IMG/VR virus record: IMGVR_UViG_3300017721_001026
Coordinates: 64,001-128,000 of that record
Reading direction: 5' to 3' (one strand)
Length of the DNA stretch: 64,000 nucleotides
Source: a virus
Lineage: Duplodnaviria > Caudoviricetes
Shown: piece after piece, positions 16,894-26,100 of the stretch
Numbering within the stretch: the first letter of the stretch is position 1
How the letters are laid out: every line of letters begins with the position of its first letter
Notes under the pieces: generated by a model
The model's database searches: none
What the model was told of the DNA's origin: nothing
The model's input: the letters and a program-made list of their open reading frames with translations, nothing else
Made by a program: the position numbers and the translations under genes

Positions 16894-18156
16894 TCAATCC
16901 AAACTGCAAAGAATCACATCAATATATTGAACTCTCAATGGTGATAATCCTGCTGTAAATGATATTGGAGATCCAGTAAATGGATGAACGTGTGCTTGAC
17001 CACCACCAGTTGATGATGTTGCAGGTGCTTGAGTATTATTTGCCCTGATAGTACCACCAGGACTCAAAGTTCTCAATGGGAATCTTATACTCGTAACTTG
17101 AGGATATCTTTGAGGTGTACGATATGCTCTTGGTTGTCTATAGGATGCAGGATTTCTTTGAGGAACTGTTATTCTAAACGGAATATCCACTCGGAAACCA
17201 TTTCTCTGCCTGAATGAATATCTCACTCTAAATGTTCTCGGTTGCCTCTGTCTAAAATCTCTTCTCTGCCTACCATTTCTGGGTTGTCTAAAGTTACGAG
17301 GTTGACGGAAAGATCTTCTCTGTCTTCCAGATACAGGTCTTCGAGTTTGCCTTCTTTGCCTATAACTTGTATTTCTAGGTTGTCTTCTTACTGCTCTTCT
17401 TGGGAATCTATCGTTTCTTCTACGTCTCCCTCCTCTTCTTCTTGGTTCTCTATCATTCCTTCTTACACCAACACGGAAAGAGTTTGGAATTGGTCTTCTA
17501 CTTCTTCCACCACCCTGACGGAAACTAAATGGTGCTCTAGATCTTAATGGAACACGGAAAGGAACAGGAACTCTGAAAGTAAATGGATTTCTAGAACGTG
17601 TTTGATATCTAACTCTAAAGTTTCTTGGTTGTCTCTGTCTAAGTGGAACTCTCTGCCTTTGTGGTTGTCTATAGTTAAGAGGTTGTCTTACATTTGTTGG
17701 TTGTCTAAAATCGACACTAACTCTAGTGTCTAGAACAATTCTAGTTGATGCTCTAATATTATATCCACGTGGTTGTCTATTATTTTGTCTAAATGGTGAA
17801 GAACCTTCGGAAGATCTATATGAATTAGGATTACTTCCAGTGTTATGTGTATGTGCAGGAAGTTGATCTGTTGTTAATGTTGTTGGTCCAGTGCTTCCTG
17901 AAAGAGTTGAAGAAACAGTGCTGTCTGCACCAGAATCATTAAATAATGTAGTGAAACTTACAGATCCAGCAGATGATCCACCAGTACCATCAACAACTCT
18001 AAGTGATTTATCGTTTTCTGATATATCTTTAGTCCAACCAGTTGGTGCTGCCGCCTGGTAAAATACCATCGTAGAGGATTGAGGAATAATCCCGTAAAAA
18101 CTATTTAACTGACTGCCACCACCAAACTGAATTCCGTCTGCCTTTAAAATTGACAT
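16894..18156 (-). CDS. short tail-fibre/collar-type protein with an Arg-rich hexapeptide-repeat insert
   Basis: FYQAAAPTGW collar motif, LTTDQLPAHTH ... GGGQAHVH, YIDVILC; ~75 Arg in residues 121-371. Confidence 0.7.
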   Translation of the reverse strand: MSILKADGIQFGGGSQLNSFYGIIPQSSTMVFYQAAAPTGWTKDISENDKSLRVVDGTGGSSAGSVSFTTLFNDSGADSTVSSTLSGSTGPTTLTTDQLPAHTHNTGSNPNSYRSSEGSSPFRQNNRQPRGYNIRASTRIVLDTRVSVDFRQPTNVRQPLNYRQPQRQRVPLRQRQPRNFRVRYQTRSRNPFTFRVPVPFRVPLRSRAPFSFRQGGGRSRRPIPNSFRVGVRRNDREPRRRGGRRRRNDRFPRRAVRRQPRNTSYRQRRQTRRPVSGRQRRSFRQPRNFRQPRNGRQRRDFRQRQPRTFRVRYSFRQRNGFRVDIPFRITVPQRNPASYRQPRAYRTPQRYPQVTSIRFPLRTLSPGGTIRANNTQAPATSSTGGGQAHVHPFTGSPISFTAGLSPLRVQYIDVILCSLD

Positions 18157-18166
18157 ATCTTATACC

Positions 18167-18703
18167 TCAACTAAAACGACAGAGAATGACATCAATATAT
18201 TGAACTCTCAGATCAATACTTCCAGAATATGGTGATGCTCCACCAGAAAATGGGTGAGTATGTGATGTTCCACCACCAGTTGGTGATGTTGCAGGTGCAT
18301 CAGAATTTACAGCACGTCCACCAATACCAGGAGATCCAGGACTTACGTTAACTTGAGAACCCGCATTGTGTGTATGTCCAGGAATTTGCTGAGTGGTCAA
18401 TGTTGTTCCTCCAACAGTACCAACAGCAGTTACAGTTCCACTAATTGGACGAGTTGATGTGGGAAATATGGTAGAGAATGGTTGTCCACCAGGACCAGCA
18501 GTTCCACCAGAACCAAATCCTCCACCAGAACCAGATACAACTCTAAGTGCTTTATTATTATGAGTGGTTACTTGTGCCCATCCACTGGGTGCTGATGGTT
18601 GATAAAACACTGCTACACTATTCTGAGGAATAATGCCATACTTAGAGTTTAAAACAGTATTATCAAGTCCAAATTGTATACCACTCGTTTGCAGAATAGA
18701 CAT
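18167..18703 (-). CDS. short tail-fibre/collar-type protein (paralogue without the insert)
   Basis: FYQPSAPSGW, LTTQQIPGHTH, GGGTSHTH, LRVQYIDVILC. Confidence 0.75.
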   Translation of the reverse strand: MSILQTSGIQFGLDNTVLNSKYGIIPQNSVAVFYQPSAPSGWAQVTTHNNKALRVVSGSGGGFGSGGTAGPGGQPFSTIFPTSTRPISGTVTAVGTVGGTTLTTQQIPGHTHNAGSQVNVSPGSPGIGGRAVNSDAPATSPTGGGTSHTHPFSGGASPYSGSIDLRVQYIDVILCRFS

Positions 18704-18736
18704 ATTATACCAATTACTAACAACGGATACGTGTAT

Positions 18737-18744
18737 TATTTATC
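18737..18744 (-). promoter_or_regulatory. T4-type late promoter
   Basis: GATAAATA about 35 nt upstream of the ATG. Confidence 0.6.
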
Positions 18745-19402
18745 CAATATTAAATGCGATAGATATTCTCTCATTGTCACTAAAATGTGGTGTAACATAA
18801 TGCCCAACTGTAGAAGGCATTAAATACAACCTATTTACCTCAGGTTTAATTACCCATTCACAATGATTGGGGACATCGGCAAATGCAGCATTATGATTTG
18901 ATGGATCAGTTCTGAGAATAGTTAAGTTTCCCTCGTTTTCTTCAAGATTATCAGGAATCATTGGATAATAGATTCCAATAACTGAGCAACCAGGATGTGT
19001 ATGAAAGACGTTGTAACCCATTCCTTTGTTGATGTTAATCCACCAACCAATTTGCTCATCACTAACTCTTGACCCAGAACCACAATCTTCTAACATATCA
19101 TTTGTCAGGTCAATAACATTTCTAGCAAGATTTTGGATTGCAGGTGTAACTCCTCTCCGTATTTCACATAATTCAAAAACTTGACTTTGCCACCCATCTG
19201 CAAAGTTAGATTTCCTAACTCCATTCGGATACTTATCTTTTAGTTCAAAACACTCATCAACAATTTCTTGATTATCAAAATCTAATTTATAATCAAAAAA
19301 TGGTGTGGTGAACAATTCAATTCTATCCCTAGTTTCTACTTCTATAGGAACAAAATTATCATCATTTGGTTTTACTTCTGGTCTAAATCTATGCTCTGTC
19401 AT
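18740..19402 (-). CDS. 2OG-Fe(II) oxygenase (TIGR02466-like)
   Basis: WININ..YNVFHTHPG ... PS..GHYV ... RISIAFN. Confidence 0.8.
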   Translation of the reverse strand: MTEHRFRPEVKPNDDNFVPIEVETRDRIELFTTPFFDYKLDFDNQEIVDECFELKDKYPNGVRKSNFADGWQSQVFELCEIRRGVTPAIQNLARNVIDLTNDMLEDCGSGSRVSDEQIGWWININKGMGYNVFHTHPGCSVIGIYYPMIPDNLEENEGNLTILRTDPSNHNAAFADVPNHCEWVIKPEVNRLYLMPSTVGHYVTPHFSDNERISIAFNIG

Positions 19403-20133
19403 TATTCTCTTGCCCTAGGATTCCTGAAGAAAAATACTTGATTAATTCTAAACTCAGCATCACTATAGTGATCCGCAAAGTAATTTTTACCCGTAAGATC
19501 CATACTGTGATAATAGTAAGATCCCTCAAACATAACAAATCGATTGAACTTTGATCGAAATCTAACTACAATTTCCCACAAATCTTTAGGTGTCCATGGA
19601 ATAGCATGTTCATCTCTCACACCACCATTCTCATCTAAGGGTAAAATTTTTGGATTGTCAGTAACAGTTGGTTTATATAAATTTGTTCCAATCTCTTCTT
19701 TCTTTGAAAGATAGCAGATACCATTATATCCTCCATCGTGATGTGGCCACCAAAAATGAGTGTCATGTGGGTTTTCTTTAACTTTCGAGAATCTTGTGAA
19801 ATTAGTTACAATCTCATCATCTAGAGGTTGTTGATTACAAATATTGCTAAGTTTATTATATAATGAACAGATACCAGGATGTTTCATCATATGTCTGCGA
19901 TCTTCAAAGTATTTGGTATTAAGAGTTCCTCTACCTAAATCCCATTCTGGTCCAACTTTCCATAGTGGTGGTTCAATCGAAAGTAAGTAACTATAAACAT
20001 CATCAGGTCTTTTATAAAAGTTATCCATCCAATAAAGATTAGATACTCTATTACCATCAACAAACTCAATAATATTCATATTTGAGAAATCATTAGTCTC
20101 AAATAGTGTTGGATCTCTTCTCAAATCTCTCAT
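19402..20133 (-). CDS. 2OG-Fe(II) oxygenase-like protein (DUF6445-like)
   Basis: DNFYKRPDDV, PHHD..ICYL..GTNLY, FNRFVMF..YHS, RINQVFF. Confidence 0.7.
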   Translation of the reverse strand: MRDLRRDPTLFETNDFSNMNIIEFVDGNRVSNLYWMDNFYKRPDDVYSYLLSIEPPLWKVGPEWDLGRGTLNTKYFEDRRHMMKHPGICSLYNKLSNICNQQPLDDEIVTNFTRFSKVKENPHDTHFWWPHHDGGYNGICYLSKKEEIGTNLYKPTVTDNPKILPLDENGGVRDEHAIPWTPKDLWEIVVRFRSKFNRFVMFEGSYYYHSMDLTGKNYFADHYSDAEFRINQVFFFRNPRARE

Positions 20134-20693
20134 AAAAATATTTCTCCTATCTTTTCATCGTCTAAACAAAAACCAAACACCCATAGTATTCTAGGATTAT
20201 CACCTTTGGTTACAGTAACTTCATGGTGAATTTCAGATACTTGATATATTAAAAGATCTGTAGGATCTAAGTCAGTATATTCTACACCACCAATGATAGT
20301 ATGTCCACCCCTATCGGCATGTTGTGTAATGGCATTAAAATGAACTGTTTTCGTATCTGGATAATATGTAGGATCAATATGTTCTTCTATTCTTCCACCA
20401 GAATATCCAATACCATTTACAATCCCATGACTATATGATGGAGGACTTTTGTATTCATACAAGTCAAAGTAATTTATAATTCTTTGTCTGGCAATGTATG
20501 CGGCATCAGGATAATCTATACTTGGAGCAACTGATTCATTTGGAAACCGAGTTGTAAACCTTGTTCCAGAATTATCAGGATCCATGTTAGCATCCTCAAA
20601 GAACTCTTGACAGCAGTTATCAATAGTCCATTGATTTAGTTTTCTTACATCATCTTGAAATAGAAAGTTTCTGAGAACAAATGATTTAGACAT
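20130..20693 (-). CDS. 2OG-Fe(II) oxygenase
   Basis: EHIDP ... GG ... SEIHHEVT ... RILWVFGF; start moved to MSKSF. Confidence 0.75.
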   Translation of the reverse strand: MSKSFVLRNFLFQDDVRKLNQWTIDNCCQEFFEDANMDPDNSGTRFTTRFPNESVAPSIDYPDAAYIARQRIINYFDLYEYKSPPSYSHGIVNGIGYSGGRIEEHIDPTYYPDTKTVHFNAITQHADRGGHTIIGGVEYTDLDPTDLLIYQVSEIHHEVTVTKGDNPRILWVFGFCLDDEKIGEIFL

Positions 20694-21354
20694 CGGTTGT
20701 GCAGTATTCACTTGAATTTTGACTTTCTTCTTCAAATGAAAAGATTTCATACTCCGTATTAACATTAAATGATAAAATTATTCTATCTACATCACTTTGA
20801 TTTGGTGCAGTATAGTGGAGAACATATGATGGAAAAAATATCATTGATCCCTCTCTAATTCCAGGTGGAATAATATTACAGGTTTCAACATCTGCCAGAT
20901 TAGGATTCAAAAAGATAGTTGGTGTATGATGTTTTGGATCAAATTGAACAAAACAAACTGCACTGAATCCTTGAGACCCATGGTTATGAACTTGATGAAA
21001 CTTAGTGGTTGATGCTTTCTCAAACCATGAAGTACAAACTTCTACACCACATTCAAATGTATCAGCAAGTGCTTCTAACTCATCCCTAAAAAGATCCATG
21101 ATTAGTTCATCATAGGTCTCTCCATGGTCATGATTAAAATGATAATCAGTCTCTACATCTAAACTGGTTTCACTTCCTGTGGCAACTTTAAATTTAGATT
21201 TATCAGATTTTCTTCTCTCATACATTTCAAGAAGTTCTTTTTTCTTTTCCTCCCAATTTTCTATCTTAAGATGTAGAAGTGGAGTAGAGAACATAGGAAT
21301 TAAATATTCTTCATTTCCATTTGGTACATCACCATAAATTGCAAATTCAGTCAT
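20686..21354 (-). CDS. 2OG-Fe(II) oxygenase (TIGR02466-like)
   Basis: HQVHNHG ... FFPSYVLHYT ... RIILSFN. Confidence 0.8.
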   Translation of the reverse strand: MTEFAIYGDVPNGNEEYLIPMFSTPLLHLKIENWEEKKKELLEMYERRKSDKSKFKVATGSETSLDVETDYHFNHDHGETYDELIMDLFRDELEALADTFECGVEVCTSWFEKASTTKFHQVHNHGSQGFSAVCFVQFDPKHHTPTIFLNPNLADVETCNIIPPGIREGSMIFFPSYVLHYTAPNQSDVDRIILSFNVNTEYEIFSFEEESQNSSEYCTTDV

Positions 21355-21355
21355 A

Positions 21356-21583
21356 CTATTTCTTTTTTTGTTTCTTAAGGTGTCTTTTTTGCAATTTTAA
21401 CACTGCTGACAATGCTGTGTCAAAGTTACGATATAATGTTCCTGTTGGTTTTCCTTCAATGATAGTAGTGTATTTCTTTTTCTTACCTGCTATCGGAATC
21501 ACAACAAAATTACCATCATCAGAACAAAATTGCTTACGATATACAGATTGTAAGATTGATGAGTTAGTGTATGTATACTTCAT
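21356..21583 (-). CDS. hypothetical basic protein
   Basis: ORF track. Confidence 0.65.
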   Translation of the reverse strand: MKYTYTNSSILQSVYRKQFCSDDGNFVVIPIAGKKKKYTTIIEGKPTGTLYRNFDTALSAVLKLQKRHLKKQKKK

Positions 21584-21586
21584 AAA

Positions 21587-22834
21587 TTACTTCTTAATTA
21601 CGGAAACAGCAGCAGCACCTTGCTCAAACACAATGTCAACAACATTCTGAATCTTTTGAGCAGTCTGAATACCAACTTTGTTATAAGCAGGAATACAAAC
21701 CAAACCATAAGATTTGGTATACTGATCAAGTTTACCTGGAACAATAGTTCCATTGCGAAGACCAGCAGCATCATCTTTATGCAATCGAATCACACGACCG
21801 ATAGTCTGACTGATGCCAATGTAATTCATTGACCTCATAAAAATAACAGAATTAAGACCAGAGACGTTGATACCTTCTGAGAGGATGCTGTGATGAAGCA
21901 CAACAAACTTTTTAGTATCATCCTTACCCCAAGCACTCAAAGTGTCAAAGAACTTCTCACGGTTGACCTTACGACCATCGATGATAGCACCAGTCTTAGC
22001 AGTGATATACATGTAAGAATAACCACGCAATTCTAGTTGAAAAGTAAAGTCAGACTGACCAATCAAATTGATAATGTTCTGCGTAGATTTAGAACAGATC
22101 AATGCTTTATCAGCACCAGTCTCGTCAATAGTCTTAATTAGATGTGTAGAATCCCGAACAGGAACATCAGGGTAAAGATCTACATTATCTAATTGATTGA
22201 CAACAACCTTAGGAGGAATGATAAAACCACCATTCACAAGTTCAGGAGCAGGAACCTGACAAATAACCTGACCGTAAACTTCAGGATCATTCATGCCAGG
22301 TTTCATCACTGTGATAGAATGCTTTGGAGTTGCAGTAAAGAAGTAGCAACGATCAGCATTATGACTGAAAAACTCAGTAGGAGGAAAAAAGTTACGAGTC
22401 ACAGAATTGTGTGCTTCATCAAAATAGATGTTGTTTACCTCAATATCTGCTTCCATAACACGATGGAGAGAATGATATGTGGTAAAAATGATGCAGTTCT
22501 CACCTACTGCACGTGCAGTATTAGCAAACATGTGGATTTGATCTGCTTTAGTGGTGCTGAAATGCTGTGTCTCACCACTATGAACATGCATCACATGTGT
22601 ATGAGTTGTATCAATCAACTCAAGGAATTCAGAGCACAGTTGTTCTGCCAACAGAATACGTGGAGCAACAACAACAGTCGTCATTCCGTTGTCAATATAC
22701 TTACAATTCTCTATGACATCTTGAATCATACAGATAGTTTTACCACCACCTGTAGGAACAATGATTTGACCGATGTCATGCTTAAGCATAGCATCACAAG
22801 CACGTTTCTGATGAGGACGAAGAGTGATGGTCAA
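21587..22834 (-). CDS. SF2 (DEAH) helicase/ATPase
   Basis: LRPHQ, PTGGGKT, FDEAH, TATP, LSEGIN and QTIGRVIR motifs. Confidence 0.9.
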   Translation of the reverse strand: MTITLRPHQKRACDAMLKHDIGQIIVPTGGGKTICMIQDVIENCKYIDNGMTTVVVAPRILLAEQLCSEFLELIDTTHTHVMHVHSGETQHFSTTKADQIHMFANTARAVGENCIIFTTYHSLHRVMEADIEVNNIYFDEAHNSVTRNFFPPTEFFSHNADRCYFFTATPKHSITVMKPGMNDPEVYGQVICQVPAPELVNGGFIIPPKVVVNQLDNVDLYPDVPVRDSTHLIKTIDETGADKALICSKSTQNIINLIGQSDFTFQLELRGYSYMYITAKTGAIIDGRKVNREKFFDTLSAWGKDDTKKFVVLHHSILSEGINVSGLNSVIFMRSMNYIGISQTIGRVIRLHKDDAAGLRNGTIVPGKLDQYTKSYGLVCIPAYNKVGIQTAQKIQNVVDIVFEQGAAAVSVIKK

Positions 22835-22857
22835 ATGCTTTCCGTATCAATGTATAT

Positions 22858-22915
22858 ACTATAAAGCACCCAGACCCTAAAGTCAAGGTGCTTGTGACAG
22901 TTTAAGAACTGTTCC
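22858..22915 (-). promoter_or_regulatory. early promoter cassette upstream of the helicase
   Basis: GGAACAGTT-CTTA-AACTGTCAC, then TTGACT-17-TATAGT. Confidence 0.7.
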
Positions 22916-22917
22916 TA

Positions 22918-23082
22918 TCAGAGAAATTTAAGTGTTTCTTGTTGTTTAAAATATAATTTTATATATGACTTAAGAGCCGTTCTTAGTTCTTCAATATCCT
23001 CAATTTTATCGATATCTCTTGAAAGTCTTTCATACTCAAAAGATTTTGATGGAGTTCTTAAAGAAATCTCAGATGGGTTCAT
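22918..23082 (-). CDS. nblA: NblA-like phycobilisome degradation protein (54 aa)
   Basis: MNPSEISLRTPSKSFEYERLSRDIDKIEDIEELRTALKSYIKLYFKQQETLKFL; two-helix pattern resembling NblA; AAAGGA RBS. Confidence 0.5.
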   Translation of the reverse strand: MNPSEISLRTPSKSFEYERLSRDIDKIEDIEELRTALKSYIKLYFKQQETLKFL

Positions 23083-23152
23083 GAAAATATATCCTTTAGT
23101 AATTTTCTATTATTATATAGATGATTACTCTGAATTGTCTAGAGCTATCTTT

Positions 23153-23199
23153 TCTAACCCTGACAAACGTAGTCTAGCAGGGTTTAGATATCTTGTCAA
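23153..23199 (-). promoter_or_regulatory. sigma70 promoter embedded in a hairpin
   Basis: TTGACA-17-TAGACT; inverted repeat AACCCTG...CAGGGTT encloses the -10 box. Confidence 0.6.
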
Positions 23200-26100
23200 T
23201 AGAACCCAGCATCCATCTCAACATTTACAATATTCAGAACTTCTTTAACTTCTTCACCAGTGTCAACTGTTGCTGCTTCAAAGATTGTAGTAAGTCCAAG
23301 AGTATTGTTTATATTAATATAGAGATTCTGTAACTCCATCTCTGATGGAAGTCCTTGAGGTAGAACATAACGATCTCTTCCAATTTCACCAGTGCCAGGA
23401 TCGGGATCTACATCAGTGCGAATTGCAACTCTTCCTGCGGATTGATCATAGAAAATACCAGCATACTTATGAGTTGAAAGACCAACATCATAACGTGCCA
23501 TCAAAATACCAGCATCACCAGTATTTCCTACTGCTACATTAGGTGGAATGAGTGTACCTTCATTGAGTGGATCTTCAATGAGACCAAGTGTGAGAAGGTT
23601 ATCTCTAATGTTGACATCCTGAACATTCAGTCTTGCTTCAATACCATTAAAGAATGCACTATTAGCAGTAACATCACTTGAAATTGCAACACTACCAGTT
23701 CCATCTTCCATTGCAATACAAATAGTTCCACCACCAGCACGCATGGTGCCTGTGCCCACCTGTAAATCACCTGCAACAGTCGTTTTTACATCACTGTCCA
23801 TTGTGATATTATCTTGACCATTACTTGCACGAATGATATCACCATTGACTTGAATTGGTCCAGCAAATATGGTATTATTATTTGCTACCATAGTGATATT
23901 AGTATCACCAGTACCTGCTAAGATATTATTACCTTCAACTCTAATATCACCAGTAAAACTTGTTAATTCTTGATCATCAAACATCAAGATATTAACTGTA
24001 CTGTCAGATGCTAGAATTTGATTTCCACGAACTTCTAGATCACCATAAAGAATAGTTTTACTATCACCAATCATCTGGATGTTAGTAATACCAAACCCAG
24101 TTTGAATGTCATTACCACCAACAATTAAATCACCAGTAGTTTCTACATACGTTCCAGCAGTACCGACTGTAATCGCAGTTGCCCCATCATCTGCCTGAAT
24201 AGTGTTCTTACCAAGTCTTAGGAAACTAAAAATTTCGGTAACATTACTTCTGATAGTGGTAACACCAATATCATTTCCACCAATTACAATATCAGTTGCA
24301 CTTTTAAATAGGTCTGCTCTTAATGATGTATCTGCGATATTGATATCGTTTTGATCACACTTAATATAAGTACCACCAATTTGTACCCAACCAGAAATTG
24401 CTACATATGTGTTATCGAAAAGTCTAATTGCTGTGTCACCAGTAGATGCCTGAATATCATTTTGCGAAAGTCTAAGTCTCGTTAGTTCAGTTACATTACT
24501 TCTAATAGATGTAAATCCACCATCGGCACTTTCTGCTTCACCAATATCAATAAATCTTGCATTACTTGCAAGATTGAGTTCTTTAACACCATAATTTAAT
24601 AGGTCAAATCTTAAATCAACTTCAGATTCGTCTGCATTAATTGCAGTACCAAGAACATTCAGGTTGTTATGTACGAATAGACTTGTACTAAATGCATCCA
24701 AGTAGAAACCTGGGTTGACAAATAGTTGGCCACCAGCAGCAGTTTGATTTTGTCCAGAGTTACCCATTGCTGGATAGAAGAACTCAGGATTTATACTATT
24801 ATTTTCGTCTTGCTTATATAAATCTACGTTATTTGCTTGGAAAGCAGTAGCTACATATGCATTATTGTAACTATCACTAATAACATTTAAAAATCCAGTG
24901 ATTGTTGCGACACCAACATGACTAAAGAAACCTGCACTATCAACATTGGCAAATGTTGCTTTACCTGGACCAACATCTAGATAAACTTCATTCTCATCAG
25001 TTCCACCTCCCGCACCAGCAACAGATAAGTAAGCAATAGTTGCACCCAGACCAACGTCTAGGTTTACCATATTTACCTGACTGTCTGTTCCAAGAGGACC
25101 AATATCTAAGAAGTGGAAGAAACCAGTTTCCCAACGTCCACTTTCAGATCCAATGAACGCATGTGGTCTACCATCAGCAATCTTTGGTAATAAGTCTGTG
25201 AGTGTTGATGTACCAAAGTTAATACTTGTTCTATTTCCATTGGCAGCAGCACTTCCATCTACAAATCTTTTATCACCAGAATCAATTCCTACATAAACTT
25301 CTGGAACTCTAAATGCAGTATTATTAAAGAAAGTGTTCTCTGATGCACCTATTGGGTTACTATAATCAATACTAGAACCAACTGAAATGGAACCATCAAT
25401 TTTAGTAGATTTACCGACACCTAAGTTACAATCAACTTGAAGACCACCACTAGTATAAATTGCTGGTTTTGCAAAATTGTCAGAGATTCCAATACCAGGA
25501 TTATTCTCAAATTCTGGACTTAAAACTCTTAATGTTGGACGAACACTGGCACCTTCTGCTGGAACAACATCAACACCTTCCATGAAGGTTGCTGTGTCAT
25601 AGAATATTGAACCTGGAACAACAACAAATTCTGTTCCAAGTCCTGGTTGACCAGATATTACAGGATCAGTACCATTGAAATGTACTCTACCAGCAACATA
25701 TAATGCACTTTCTTTAGGATCATCTGATCCAACATTATCAATAACAACTAGAGCATGTGCTACGCTATCACTATCAGCATATGAACCACCACCAGGACCA
25801 ACAGGACTGAGACCAAAATCTGCGTTACCATTTGATGGATCACTACCTTGAGCATTTGCAACAGGAACTGACGGTTGTCCAATATAAACCGTTCCCATTC
25901 CAGTGTCACGGGAAAGAGTAGTAACTCCAGTAACTACAAGATCCCTAGTTGTTGTTAGTCCACCTACGTTTAACTTGGGGAATGTAGCACCAAAACCAGT
26001 TACAGAACCACTAGATCCATTATCAATATTTAAGTTTCCTTCAATATAAACATCATCTAACAAATATGACTCATTAAAGTTGATCAGTGAGTCATTGGCA

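Noticed and set aside
17044-17796. Arg-rich stretch as a frameshift or shadow-frame artefact
   Set aside because: Both flanks align in frame with the paralogue, and the stretch shows strict 6-residue periodicity.
7439-22864. Plus-strand ORFs 7439..8047, 10428..10853 and 22193..22864
   Set aside because: They overlap well-supported minus-strand genes and have no recognisable features.
2079-22915. Repeated ~24-nt palindrome as a CRISPR array or integron attC sites
   Set aside because: Copies are degenerate and 0.6-10 kb apart, are separated by whole genes and are always tied to promoters; no cas or integrase gene is in the window.
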